Virus record (IMG/VR): IMGVR_UViG_3300044608_002311 | Span: 1 to 27,749 of that record | Length of the DNA stretch: 27,749 nucleotides | Reading direction: 5' to 3' (one strand) | Origin: a virus | Taxonomy: Duplodnaviria; Caudoviricetes | In this document: piece by piece, positions 16,855-25,892 of the stretch | Numbering within the stretch: the stretch's first letter is position 1 | How the letters are laid out: the number at the start of each line of letters is the position of its first letter | Position numbers and translations under genes: made by a program | The notes under the pieces: generated by a model | Seen by the model: the letters and a program-made list of their open reading frames with translations, nothing else | Told to the model about the DNA's origin: nothing | The model's database searches: none

Positions 16855-17794
16855 AGTTGCTGGTGATAGTCCTTGTGGTGCTGTTCTAATGAAAGGGCCA
16901 CAAGGTACGCCTTTTTGGGCCAATGAAAGGGACTGCAAGCCAGTCGAGCCAGAAGCATTCCAGCTACGAAAGCCTAATGCTATTTTCACTATGCAAGGTC
17001 ACGTTAGGAAGGGTACTTATGGCGTGGCGAAGTACAATGGAAACTTGTGGTACTTCGAATCTGTTGACGGGAAATTCAAGCGGTGGTGTGAAGGACAACA
17101 TATCGAGTTACTCGATGAAGAGAACATCGAATTACCAGTCAAGCAATCTCCGAAAGATGACGAGCATTGCATTGGGAATGTCTGCGATATGTTTGAACCT
17201 ACAGGAATCGCCTGCCCAAACGATTCTTGCGACATCGAGACTGGTGTTCGGAATGCACCTGTTAAGCAATCCATGACAGTTGAGGAACAGATACCGAGCG
17301 ATTCAGATTATCGGGACGCAACGCCTGAGGATTTCAATCGATTTATGCGCGGTGAGAAGATAGAAGCTAGGTTCAGGGACTTCGACTATCAAGATTGGAA
17401 TCGCTCAAAGGGCTATCGTAAGGGCAAGCAGTTTCTCGCAGGGGTTGAACTGAGGAATGGGAAATATAGGTGGGTAGATGACGACAATAGGTCTTGGATG
17501 ATTTGCCAAGTCTATGATCCGAAGAAGCCTCAGCCGGAATCGGAAGACGACCCCTTTTACGAACCGTGGGAAATCGATGTTAATGAGCCCTCAAAGTATG
17601 ATCAACCGAAATCAGGCTTAGACCTTCTGTGCGATCGAGATATCGTGCAAGCTGGTGACTTATTCGATAGCACGCGAGACGGTAAATTCCATCGATGCAA
17701 CTTCACGGTGGGCATGACGGTGAAAGATGCAGTTTTGCGTGGACATCAGCAGCGCGAAGGCTGGACGTTCTACAGGCCAAAGGTGAAGGCATGA
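16820..17794 (+). CDS. Modular hypothetical protein (shares an RDAT..CQVYDP domain with 20803-21510)
   Basis: GGAGG RBS; 324 aa; internal PVKQS repeat. Confidence 0.7.
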   Translation: MKKGEKAWVLCEVAGDSPCGAVLMKGPQGTPFWANERDCKPVEPEAFQLRKPNAIFTMQGHVRKGTYGVAKYNGNLWYFESVDGKFKRWCEGQHIELLDEENIELPVKQSPKDDEHCIGNVCDMFEPTGIACPNDSCDIETGVRNAPVKQSMTVEEQIPSDSDYRDATPEDFNRFMRGEKIEARFRDFDYQDWNRSKGYRKGKQFLAGVELRNGKYRWVDDDNRSWMICQVYDPKKPQPESEDDPFYEPWEIDVNEPSKYDQPKSGLDLLCDRDIVQAGDLFDSTRDGKFHRCNFTVGMTVKDAVLRGHQQREGWTFYRPKVKA

Positions 17795-17970
17795 GCCAGG
17801 GATCCGAATACCGGTTGCTTGTTGCGATTCGATTGCCGGTCAGCGTTGCAGTGCTTGGAGTGATAGGCGAAGCAATCTGCAAGGCGTATCCCGGTAGCGT
17901 GATGCGTCAACAAGGCGAGCACCTGTTGTTTGAGGTTCCGATAGAAAAAAGCAATGATGAAAATATCTAG
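17791..17970 (+). CDS. Hypothetical protein
   Basis: ATGA overlap. Confidence 0.55.
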   Translation: MSQGSEYRLLVAIRLPVSVAVLGVIGEAICKAYPGSVMRQQGEHLLFEVPIEKSNDENI

Positions 17971-18385
17971 CTGGTTGGTTCTGATTGGGATTTTGGCTGC
18001 GGTTGCCTTTGTGTGGCTGGCAACGTTGCCACGGATACCGAGCGAGCCGAAGGATCAGCTTGACGAGTCGATCGACTGGAATATCTCCGAAGGCGACAGG
18101 TCGAGCCGCTGGACAGAGGTGCGAAACAATTTCGTCAAAAAGCACCCCGTATGTGAAGCATGCGGAACCTCGGCGGCATTGAATGTACATCACGTGGAAC
18201 CGTTCCATGTGAGGCCAGAACTGGAGCTTGCCGAGTCGAACCTGATCACCCTTTGCAGGGAGCATCACTTTCGAATCGGACATGATCCTGATGGGCCTTG
18301 GCGACCGAAGAAACCAAGCTGGTCGGAAGCGAATCCGATGGTTCGATTCCATGCCGAGCAGTTCAGAGAGGGCAGGCGATACTGA
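17954..18385 (+). CDS. HNH endonuclease with an N-terminal hydrophobic anchor
   Basis: CEACG..LNVHHVEP..PEL...SNLITLCREHH; N-terminal WLVLIGILAAVAFVWLA. Confidence 0.8.
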   Translation: MMKISSWLVLIGILAAVAFVWLATLPRIPSEPKDQLDESIDWNISEGDRSSRWTEVRNNFVKKHPVCEACGTSAALNVHHVEPFHVRPELELAESNLITLCREHHFRIGHDPDGPWRPKKPSWSEANPMVRFHAEQFREGRRY

Positions 18386-18597
18386 TGAACCAATGGAAAG
18401 TCACAGCCTACACCGGCAAGCATCGCGACAAGATCCTAGGCCATTCCTGGGTACGAGCTTCCAGCGAACAGCAGGCGATCGAGCTTGGGCGTAGGGCGCT
18501 GAGGCTCATCGGGGTTCGCGGTTCGTTTCGAGTGTCGGCAAGCCTGTACAGTCCGCTTAGCGATTGGGTGTTTGCCGGTTATGTCGTGAGGGTGTGA
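18385..18597 (+). CDS. Hypothetical protein
   Basis: TGATG coupling with the previous gene. Confidence 0.55.
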   Translation: MNQWKVTAYTGKHRDKILGHSWVRASSEQQAIELGRRALRLIGVRGSFRVSASLYSPLSDWVFAGYVVRV

Positions 18598-18667
18598 TGG
18601 AGCCTTTAGCGGTGTTTTTCGTTGCGGTGTTTCTGGTGATTTTAGTTTTTACTTAGGATGCAAAAGA

Positions 18668-19042
18668 ATGAGTAACAAAGGATTTGAACGTGTGCCAGGT
18701 GTGCCCGATGGGTGGGAGCTGGTGGCGTTTCGCAAGCCAAGCCAAGGCGATTTTGTGATTAATTGGGTTGGCCAGATAGAGCGATGGGCTTTCTGCGATT
18801 CGGCTTATGTCTTCCCCATCGTCCGCAAAATCGAGCAACCCGCGAAGTATCGAGCGTTTGCGAATGCGGAAGAGTTCAAGCCCCATCGGTATCGGTGGTG
18901 GTCGTGGAAAGACGATCGGTCGAATACTTTTCCACCGGCAGCGTTCGGCAAGTCCGGCCATCATAGCCACTCGTGGGAAGCTTCCTTTGATCAAAAGGTT
19001 TTCGACGACGGAACCCCCTTTGGAGTGAGAATCGATGAGTGA
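18668..19042 (+). CDS. Hypothetical protein
   Basis: AGGA RBS; PDGWELV and YRAFANAEEF..FDDGTPFG motifs. Confidence 0.7.
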   Translation: MSNKGFERVPGVPDGWELVAFRKPSQGDFVINWVGQIERWAFCDSAYVFPIVRKIEQPAKYRAFANAEEFKPHRYRWWSWKDDRSNTFPPAAFGKSGHHSHSWEASFDQKVFDDGTPFGVRIDE

Positions 19043-19154
19043 TAAATCTTTCGCCTTCGATTTCCTAGTTGCGTTTGTATTTTTCATTTTCTTGCTAGTG
19101 CTTCGTGCTTGCTATTCGATATAAGCATGGGGCGTTTGGAGTGAAGATCGAATC

Positions 19155-19361
19155 ATGAGCGACGATCAAAACAAAGGGCCGATTAGTGGGCTATCCGCAG
19201 AATCGAAAGCGCCTCTTGATGCCTATATGGATCTTTTTTCGGCAATCGAGCGTAGCGGGTTCGTGCTCTCGCCATGTGGGATTTGTGGCGAAGTGGTTGT
19301 TTGTATTCCAGACGGCCTGGCCTTGTGCAAGCCATGTGCAGAAAAGGTAGGCGGGCAATGA
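19155..19361 (+). CDS. Small zinc-finger protein
   Basis: CGIC..CKPC. Confidence 0.6.
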   Translation: MSDDQNKGPISGLSAESKAPLDAYMDLFSAIERSGFVLSPCGICGEVVVCIPDGLALCKPCAEKVGGQ

Positions 19362-19840
19362 GCAGTCGTAAACTTTTTGCAATCGTAGGGTGCTCCAAGA
19401 TCAAGGCTGAAGTCAAGCGAATAGGTCAACACGGAGATGCTTGGATTGAGGCCCAGGATCTTTATACCTCCGACCTGTTTAAGAAGCGTCGAGCCCACGT
19501 TGAATCGAGGGGCTTGGTTTGGTTCATCGCTTCGGCTAAATCTGGATTGGTAAATCCAACAACGCCGCTACGACCATACGATAAGACCATGGATGACTTG
19601 GCACCGATCGACGTTGCTGCGTGGCATGTAACGGTAGTCAATCAGTTGATCGATGCTTTGTATTACGATCACAATGTCCGAGACCTGAAAGAAGTTGCAA
19701 TCGAACTTCATGCCGGGTCGAAGTACATCGAGCCGCTGGACAAGATCCTGGAAATGTTCGGCGCAGAAGTCATCAAGCCGGTTGCAGGAATGGGGATCGG
19801 TCAGCAGTTGGCGTACTACTCGGAGGCAGTGCATGTCTAG
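19358..19840 (+). CDS. DUF6884-like protein
   Basis: GCSK.K..AQDLYTSDLF..WFI.SAK.GLV..PYDKT..HAG..Y..GMGIGQQL matches my recollection of this family. Confidence 0.65.
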   Translation: MSSRKLFAIVGCSKIKAEVKRIGQHGDAWIEAQDLYTSDLFKKRRAHVESRGLVWFIASAKSGLVNPTTPLRPYDKTMDDLAPIDVAAWHVTVVNQLIDALYYDHNVRDLKEVAIELHAGSKYIEPLDKILEMFGAEVIKPVAGMGIGQQLAYYSEAVHV

Positions 19841-20099
19841 CAAGCGAGAGCGATTCAGCAAGCAGCTAGCGCGTGTCTTGATGATCCTAGAGCGTTTGAG
19901 GCTCAATGGTAACTCGACGATCATGCAGGCCTATGAGCACCTTCGGAAGTCTGGAATCGAATGCAGCTCTCGAACGGTCGCTCGTGACTTAGCAACGCTT
20001 GAGGCTTGTGGGTTTGTTGAGCGTGAGGAATCGTTGGAAGATGGTTCATTTGTGTACGGTTTGACTGGCAACGTTGCCAGCGGGAAGGAAAGAAACTAG
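19833..20099 (+). CDS. Winged-HTH protein (like the N-terminal HTH of WYL regulators)
   Basis: RVLMILERL..CSSRTVARDLATLEACGF; GGAGG RBS. Confidence 0.75.
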   Translation: MSSKRERFSKQLARVLMILERLRLNGNSTIMQAYEHLRKSGIECSSRTVARDLATLEACGFVEREESLEDGSFVYGLTGNVASGKERN

Positions 20100-20341
20100 T
20101 GATCCGATACGTCAAAAATTGGCAGAACGTTCCGAGCGCAAAAGCCTGCCTTGGTCGTTGGGTGTTTCAGTTGAGTTTCAAAAGCGACCGTATTTACGCT
20201 GCGGGGTGGTATATCTTCAGGCTCGGTTTGTACAAGGTTAGCGACACAGTGCCCGAAGGTGCGTACATGTTCCGAAAGGGAAATTACAAAGGTTTTCTTT
20301 GGGTTGTTCGCATTTGGCTACCGATCGAGTTCGGGTTCTAG
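20099..20341 (+). CDS. Hypothetical protein
   Basis: Abuts the previous stop. Confidence 0.5.
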   Translation: MIRYVKNWQNVPSAKACLGRWVFQLSFKSDRIYAAGWYIFRLGLYKVSDTVPEGAYMFRKGNYKGFLWVVRIWLPIEFGF

Positions 20342-20372
20342 GTGGCAACGTTGCCAGCGCGCAGAAAAAAGC

Positions 20373-20669
20373 ATGACTACTTTTATTGGTGAAATCGGGT
20401 TGGTTTCGATCCTCTATGCGGTAACTTGCTTGGGTGCATTTTGCGTCCTCGTAGGTGCTTTCTGCGGGATCAGATTTCATCTACGGCGATTGATCGAGGC
20501 AGCCGATCAGTACCGTGAGGCATCGAGGATTTATAGGCAAGCAAAAGAATTGACCGAAACGCAACTCGGTGGCGTTGAATCGTTGCTACAAGAACTAGAC
20601 GACCTAAAGGCTCAAACAGCGTGGTTTGACCGGATAACGGATCGTCAACCGAATTGGGAATATCAGTGA
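20373..20669 (+). CDS. Membrane-anchored coiled-coil protein
   Basis: N-terminal hydrophobic helix followed by heptads. Confidence 0.6.
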   Translation: MTTFIGEIGLVSILYAVTCLGAFCVLVGAFCGIRFHLRRLIEAADQYREASRIYRQAKELTETQLGGVESLLQELDDLKAQTAWFDRITDRQPNWEYQ

Positions 20670-20802
20670 GGTAAAGCAATGAGCGAGTTTGTTTATCGCA
20701 TCATGCCAATGGTGACTGTTTGCACAATGTTTTTTGGTGCACACCTATTGATTGCGATTTTTGAATTTATTCGACACAGGTAATTTAACAGGAGAGTCAA
20801 AC

Positions 20803-21510
20803 GTGACTGAGATGACTGAACAAAAGATCGAGCAATTCTGGCGGGATGCAACCGCCGGGGACATCGCCAAGGTGATGCGAGGCGAGTCCATTATGGTGCG
20901 GGTTAGACAGGAATCTAGCCAAAACTGGGTTAGCACCGATGTCGATGGATATGATCTGAATATTACTGGATGGGATCGCGGAAGATTCATTGATAGCGAA
21001 GGCGAACAATGGGATCAGTGTCAAGTCTACGATCCGCCACAATGGTGGCTGGACAGGCCCGATCCCGGCGAAGGCTATCGACTGCTTAAAAAGTTTCCAG
21101 ATGAGCCGAAACTAGCGACGGATGAATTCTTTGACCCCCTTTTTAACAGATGGACGCGAACAGCTACTACCGGCGAGACTCAATCTGATGGTGCTTGGTA
21201 TCGCCGACGCATCGAGCCGAACAATCCGAAAAAATTGGATGGTTCACACTCTAAAGACAATATTCCAACCGGATGGCGATTGCTCAACGACGACGAGGAA
21301 AGGTTCGCTAGCGATGCGTTTTGGTCGATCGGTGCAAAAGACTGGGTTATCATCGGAGATGAACTCGTTTTTGTCGCGAATAGCCAAAAGTGGTTAGCGA
21401 TTCGGCAGAACGAGACGCAAAAGACCATGCAACTGGTGCTGTGGCATCAATATCGATTACCGAACGGTCGCTCAATTAAAGTCACCAAGGAAGGCTTTGA
21501 GTTGCTATAA
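20803..21510 (+). CDS. Modular hypothetical protein (RDAT..CQVYDP domain plus two PxG[WY]RLL modules)
   Basis: AGGAG RBS before GTG 20803. Confidence 0.7.
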   Translation: MTEMTEQKIEQFWRDATAGDIAKVMRGESIMVRVRQESSQNWVSTDVDGYDLNITGWDRGRFIDSEGEQWDQCQVYDPPQWWLDRPDPGEGYRLLKKFPDEPKLATDEFFDPLFNRWTRTATTGETQSDGAWYRRRIEPNNPKKLDGSHSKDNIPTGWRLLNDDEERFASDAFWSIGAKDWVIIGDELVFVANSQKWLAIRQNETQKTMQLVLWHQYRLPNGRSIKVTKEGFELL

Positions 21511-21530
21511 TCCGGCCCAAAGGCAAGTAG

Positions 21531-22109
21531 CTACTCGACGAACCGAATAACATCGGCAACGTCGAGCGTTACGAACGGCTGGCCAGTCCAGGCCATGACC
21601 GACACTGCAAATGAAACCAGCGGGGCCGGTGTTTCTGAGGAATCGATTTCAATCAGGGGTACGAGCTTTCTGTCGTGCTTGACCCCATAAAGATATCGGG
21701 CTGCATCCTGCGTCATGCAAACCCCTTCTAAATTAGCAACATTGCGTTTTTCTGCGCATTGCCGAGCCCAGGCGGATTTGGTGTAGTTGACTCGATCGAC
21801 CAGTTCAGTTTTTAGATCGTAGTGACTTAGCAGGCTCTTTGTTGCCGGGCGTGACTCAAAAAAATAGGAAGCCTCGGCGATCGTGATATAACCCTGGGGA
21901 ATTACCCTCGGCGGTCGCTTCGTGGCAGGAAGCTCCAACCGGCTGATTCTCGATCGGAGTTTTCGGTCATATTGCCAAGCGAGCTTTCCCGATAGGTGGG
22001 CAGAAACGGTATTCCGGGCTAGCTCCAAACGTTCTGATATTTTCGTCTTTGGAGTGCCACAATGGGCCATCCAAAAGATTTGGTACACTGTTTGACTGTC
22101 GATTCGCAT
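21531..22109 (-). CDS. HTH DNA-binding protein, divergent from the portal gene
   Basis: TPKTKISERLELARNTVSAHL HTH and a second YITIAEAS excisionase-like motif; occupies an otherwise empty gap. Confidence 0.65.
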   Translation of the reverse strand: MRIDSQTVYQIFWMAHCGTPKTKISERLELARNTVSAHLSGKLAWQYDRKLRSRISRLELPATKRPPRVIPQGYITIAEASYFFESRPATKSLLSHYDLKTELVDRVNYTKSAWARQCAEKRNVANLEGVCMTQDAARYLYGVKHDRKLVPLIEIDSSETPAPLVSFAVSVMAWTGQPFVTLDVADVIRFVE

Positions 22110-22151
22110 AGTGAGCACAAATCGGCTAGGATTGATTTTGGAGGCCTTAAA

Positions 22152-25100
22152 ATGAATCGAATTGTCGAAGCGATGCAGGGTAGTTTAACAGAATCTTGGG
22201 GCGAACCGGTAGACATTACCGAGTTCCTTACTGATTCCACTGGGTTCTTTAATACCACCGGGCTAGGTGCATTTACCCAGGTTTGGGACAGATCGGACGG
22301 ACGGTACCGGCCAGTCTACACGAATGAGGCCGAACTAAAGATCATCCGGGCGATGTCGTGGCTGCTGGTCGAGAAGGTTCCTATGGCCCAGGCTTGGGTC
22401 AATCGTCTGTTGGATTACACGATCGGAACTGGGTTCGATTGGACAATCAAGTGCGATGATAAGCGACTAGAAAAGGCGGTTCAGGCTTACGTCAGGGAGT
22501 GCCTCGATACGTCGAAATGGTCATCGGAGCTTGAGCGCGAAACGATGGTTCGGGAAGTCTCAGAAGGGGAGTTCTCTGGGGAACTGATCTACGATAACGG
22601 ACAGTGCATGTTGGTCGCTCGGGAGGCCGACGAGCTTACAGAACCGGCAGCCAAGCGCGAGCTTGAGGACTGGCTCGGAATCGAGTTCGATGCCTCTTGG
22701 ACGTTCGGGGTGTTGACCAAGAAATCCGTTCCTGAAAAGCACTACGGCTATCACTTCGTGAAAAATGCAGCCGGTACGGATTGGGACTATGTGCCAGCAG
22801 AACGGGTTGTTTTTTGGAAACGAAACGTTAGGCAACGAGCCAAGCGGGGTTACTCCGACTTCTACAAGCCTCACCTGTATTTGCTCCGCGCAGATCGGGT
22901 TTTGACCAACACTGCAGAGGGGGCAGCAACCCAAGCAGCCATTGCATACATCGTCGAACACAGCGAGGGAACGCAACGTCAGGCCGATAACATCGTCAAG
23001 AAATTCGCACCGCTTACGGGGCGAGTGGATCCGATGACTGGGCTATCGCAACGCAAAAGGAGGATGCTCCCAGGTACACGGCTCGACGTTCCAGCAGGCC
23101 AGAACTACAAAGCTGGTTTGCTAGGATCGAACAATAGCGACATTTATATCTCGGTCATGGAATCGGCTCTGAGGCTTGCCGGTACCGTCCATGCGTTCCC
23201 GGAAGGGATGCTGACCGGAAGCTACGAGAACAACAATTTGGCCTCTGCGATCGTTGCCGAGGGGCCATTCGTTCAGGGCCGGATTGCGGAGCAAACGCAG
23301 CGCAAAGAGCGAATGCGTGAAATGATTTTGAAGATCGTCAAGCTCGGGGCAAACAACCGGAGGTTCGGGGTCTATGGCTATGCGACCTGGGAAGCGATCC
23401 AGGACTTGATTACCATCGAGGTCATTCCACCGAAGATCATCCCGCTGGATCCGATCAAGCACACGCAGGCGCTAGCGATGCAGAGGGATAAAGGTTGGGT
23501 CAGCGACAAGACAGCGATGAACGAACTAGGCCGGGATATCGACACGGAAACCGCCAACGGATTGAAGGTCGCAGGGGCCGAACAGCAAGCCGGAACAGGT
23601 GCTCAACCGAGCGTTCAAGCTGGCAACGTTGCCAACAAAACCGGACAGGAAACCGGGTCGGATGCTGGCAACGTTGCCAGCCCTGAGGCTCAAATATCGA
23701 GCAATTGGCAGGGTTTATCGCGTTTGCAGTGGAATCGAAACCGCAGGGCGATGGCCGACGTTTTGGCCGATTTCATGGCAGGAAAAACGACTCGGCAAGT
23801 CGCATCGGTACTGCTCAAGTCGATCGGGATGGATGATAAATCGATCGAGGCAATTCTGACCGATGCCGAGGATGGTTCGATTGATGATCCGATGCCACTG
23901 ACCGAGGCAGAACGAAAGACTTTAGGCAAGCCGTTTCGCACACCAGGGGGGCCAAAGAAGTTCTCTGTCTACGTCAAGAACGATAAGGGCAACGTGGTAA
24001 AGGTGAACTTCGGCGATACGAAAATGAGGATCAAGCGGCAAAATCCAGGAAGCCGTAGAGGGTTTCGGGCTCGGCATAATTGCCAAGACCCAGGGCCACG
24101 CTGGAAGGCTCGCTACTGGTCTTGTCGGTTCTGGTCGAGGCCAAGCGTCACGAAGCTGCTAAAGGAATCGTTTTCAGGTGAGTACACTTGGGACGGTAGG
24201 ACTTTCGTTTCCGAGGCATGGCTGCATCGAGTCAACCCTGCTTTGCTTGAGGTTCGCTGTCCAACTGGAAAGGGTGGAGGGATTGATAATTCGTGCAAGC
24301 GTAAGAACAAAAAGCCTGTCAATCCGAAGGTTCTCGATTGGGCCAAGAAAAAGTTCAAGGACGATGCGAAGGCGCAAAACTTTGCTGAGTGGTTCGGTGA
24401 CTCAAAAGCAGTTGATGAGGATGGAAACCCATTGTTGCTATTTCATGGAACGAATGCGCAATTTGATGAGTTTTCTAAATCGACAAATGTGCATTCGCAA
24501 TCGATTGATTGGCCAGTTCATTTTATGACCGATGATATCAATCTTGCAAAAGCATACGCAGCTTCGCGTGTCGCTGAATTGCAATCAGGAAAAAAGACCA
24601 TAATTCCTGGTTACATGAGCATGCAACGTCCTCTTGTAATCGATGCAAAAGGTCGCGAATGGACGGATGTTGTCGGTGATGTCACTAGTGAATTGAACAC
24701 CTATCGAACCAAAGAAGAAAAAGAGTTTCGGGAGTTTAGTGCTGAGCTTCGTGAAAAATACAAATTGGAATTTGATTGGGATCCTGAATTTGAAGTTCCA
24801 AAAGATGAGCAGGAAAAATTCCAAAAGCTCAGGGCGAAATACGAAGAGCAAATAACAGACAGATCTCACCCTATCCGTAAAATGGAACCTCAAGGGATTG
24901 CGTACTATGATGGAGTAATCATCAAAAACGTTTATGATCGTCCACCAATTGAAGGCTCTGGAGGTACTTTCAATCCCTTCAATAATGTCTACGCAGTATT
25001 CGATTCATCGCAAATCAAATCCACGAAAAACAAAGGCACATTCAATCCTGACTCCAACAAGATCACAGAATCACTTACGGAGGCCAAAGACGGAGACGGA

Positions 25101-25892
25101 GACGGTCTGATCGATGATGGTAAGCCAACACAGCGAGCAGCACCAAAAAAGCAATCGAAAAACAAAAGCTCGACACTTGCAACCAAGGTTAAGATTGAAG
25201 GGAATCTTCCGACGGAACCTCCGAGCGGTAACGACTTAGACAGTATTGCAAGGAAGTTTGTCGATGATGGCATAAAATACAACAAGCTGACAGCGAAAAC
25301 ATTGAAGGTAAAAGCAAACGGAAAAACGAAATCGCTTAGCCTCGATGGTGTTGCTCGGGATGAAAACTGGCAACCTGTGTTTTTCGCAGACAAAGCAAAC
25401 AACTACTATCAAAAGTCCGGCGATGATATTGTTCCGTTGCAAGGATCCATCGAAGACGTTCGAAAGGCGAGATTCGAGCAAGGGAAACGCGCGGCATTGA
25501 ACTCGTTTGAGTTTCAGCAAAAGTTCAACAAGCGAACCTATGATCTGGCTAATGAAATTGCAGATGCTGGTTACTCTGTGAGAATCAATGTTCCAGACGA
25601 TTCAACTAGCCGGTACATCTATGTCGATGTTCCAGGGCGTGAGAAAGAGTTCAAAATTCGTATCGCCGATCACGCCCAACCCGGCTATTCTGCAGGCGGT
25701 AAGAAAGTCAATCTCGGAGGGTTTTCTAAGGAGCTTGGAAAACGCCACGAAGCATCCGATATCAGCATCGACCCGACTACCGGAAGCACTTTGAAAGATG
25801 CCTTGGATGCTGTGAAAAACCTGGGCCGTAAACAGGAATCGTTTACAGGTCGCCAAAAGGCCATGCTAGAACGCTGGAAGGATTATCCGTAA
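22152..25892 (+). CDS. Portal protein with C-terminal cargo domains including an ADP-ribosyltransferase-like domain
   Basis: About 450 N-terminal aa are portal-like (TIGTGF, EGE, RG.S.F, G..S..TA..ELG.D), directly upstream of MuF and the protease. The extension has NF..WFGDSK.VD..G.P...FHGT..F.T..A..YA..YDGVI..YAVF...QIKS. GGAGG RBS. Confidence 0.8.
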   Translation: MNRIVEAMQGSLTESWGEPVDITEFLTDSTGFFNTTGLGAFTQVWDRSDGRYRPVYTNEAELKIIRAMSWLLVEKVPMAQAWVNRLLDYTIGTGFDWTIKCDDKRLEKAVQAYVRECLDTSKWSSELERETMVREVSEGEFSGELIYDNGQCMLVAREADELTEPAAKRELEDWLGIEFDASWTFGVLTKKSVPEKHYGYHFVKNAAGTDWDYVPAERVVFWKRNVRQRAKRGYSDFYKPHLYLLRADRVLTNTAEGAATQAAIAYIVEHSEGTQRQADNIVKKFAPLTGRVDPMTGLSQRKRRMLPGTRLDVPAGQNYKAGLLGSNNSDIYISVMESALRLAGTVHAFPEGMLTGSYENNNLASAIVAEGPFVQGRIAEQTQRKERMREMILKIVKLGANNRRFGVYGYATWEAIQDLITIEVIPPKIIPLDPIKHTQALAMQRDKGWVSDKTAMNELGRDIDTETANGLKVAGAEQQAGTGAQPSVQAGNVANKTGQETGSDAGNVASPEAQISSNWQGLSRLQWNRNRRAMADVLADFMAGKTTRQVASVLLKSIGMDDKSIEAILTDAEDGSIDDPMPLTEAERKTLGKPFRTPGGPKKFSVYVKNDKGNVVKVNFGDTKMRIKRQNPGSRRGFRARHNCQDPGPRWKARYWSCRFWSRPSVTKLLKESFSGEYTWDGRTFVSEAWLHRVNPALLEVRCPTGKGGGIDNSCKRKNKKPVNPKVLDWAKKKFKDDAKAQNFAEWFGDSKAVDEDGNPLLLFHGTNAQFDEFSKSTNVHSQSIDWPVHFMTDDINLAKAYAASRVAELQSGKKTIIPGYMSMQRPLVIDAKGREWTDVVGDVTSELNTYRTKEEKEFREFSAELREKYKLEFDWDPEFEVPKDEQEKFQKLRAKYEEQITDRSHPIRKMEPQGIAYYDGVIIKNVYDRPPIEGSGGTFNPFNNVYAVFDSSQIKSTKNKGTFNPDSNKITESLTEAKDGDGDGLIDDGKPTQRAAPKKQSKNKSSTLATKVKIEGNLPTEPPSGNDLDSIARKFVDDGIKYNKLTAKTLKVKANGKTKSLSLDGVARDENWQPVFFADKANNYYQKSGDDIVPLQGSIEDVRKARFEQGKRAALNSFEFQQKFNKRTYDLANEIADAGYSVRINVPDDSTSRYIYVDVPGREKEFKIRIADHAQPGYSAGGKKVNLGGFSKELGKRHEASDISIDPTTGSTLKDALDAVKNLGRKQESFTGRQKAMLERWKDYP

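Noticed and set aside
22092-22132. Sigma70 promoter for the portal gene (TTGACT at 22092)
   Set aside because: No acceptable -10 element at 16-18 bp spacing.
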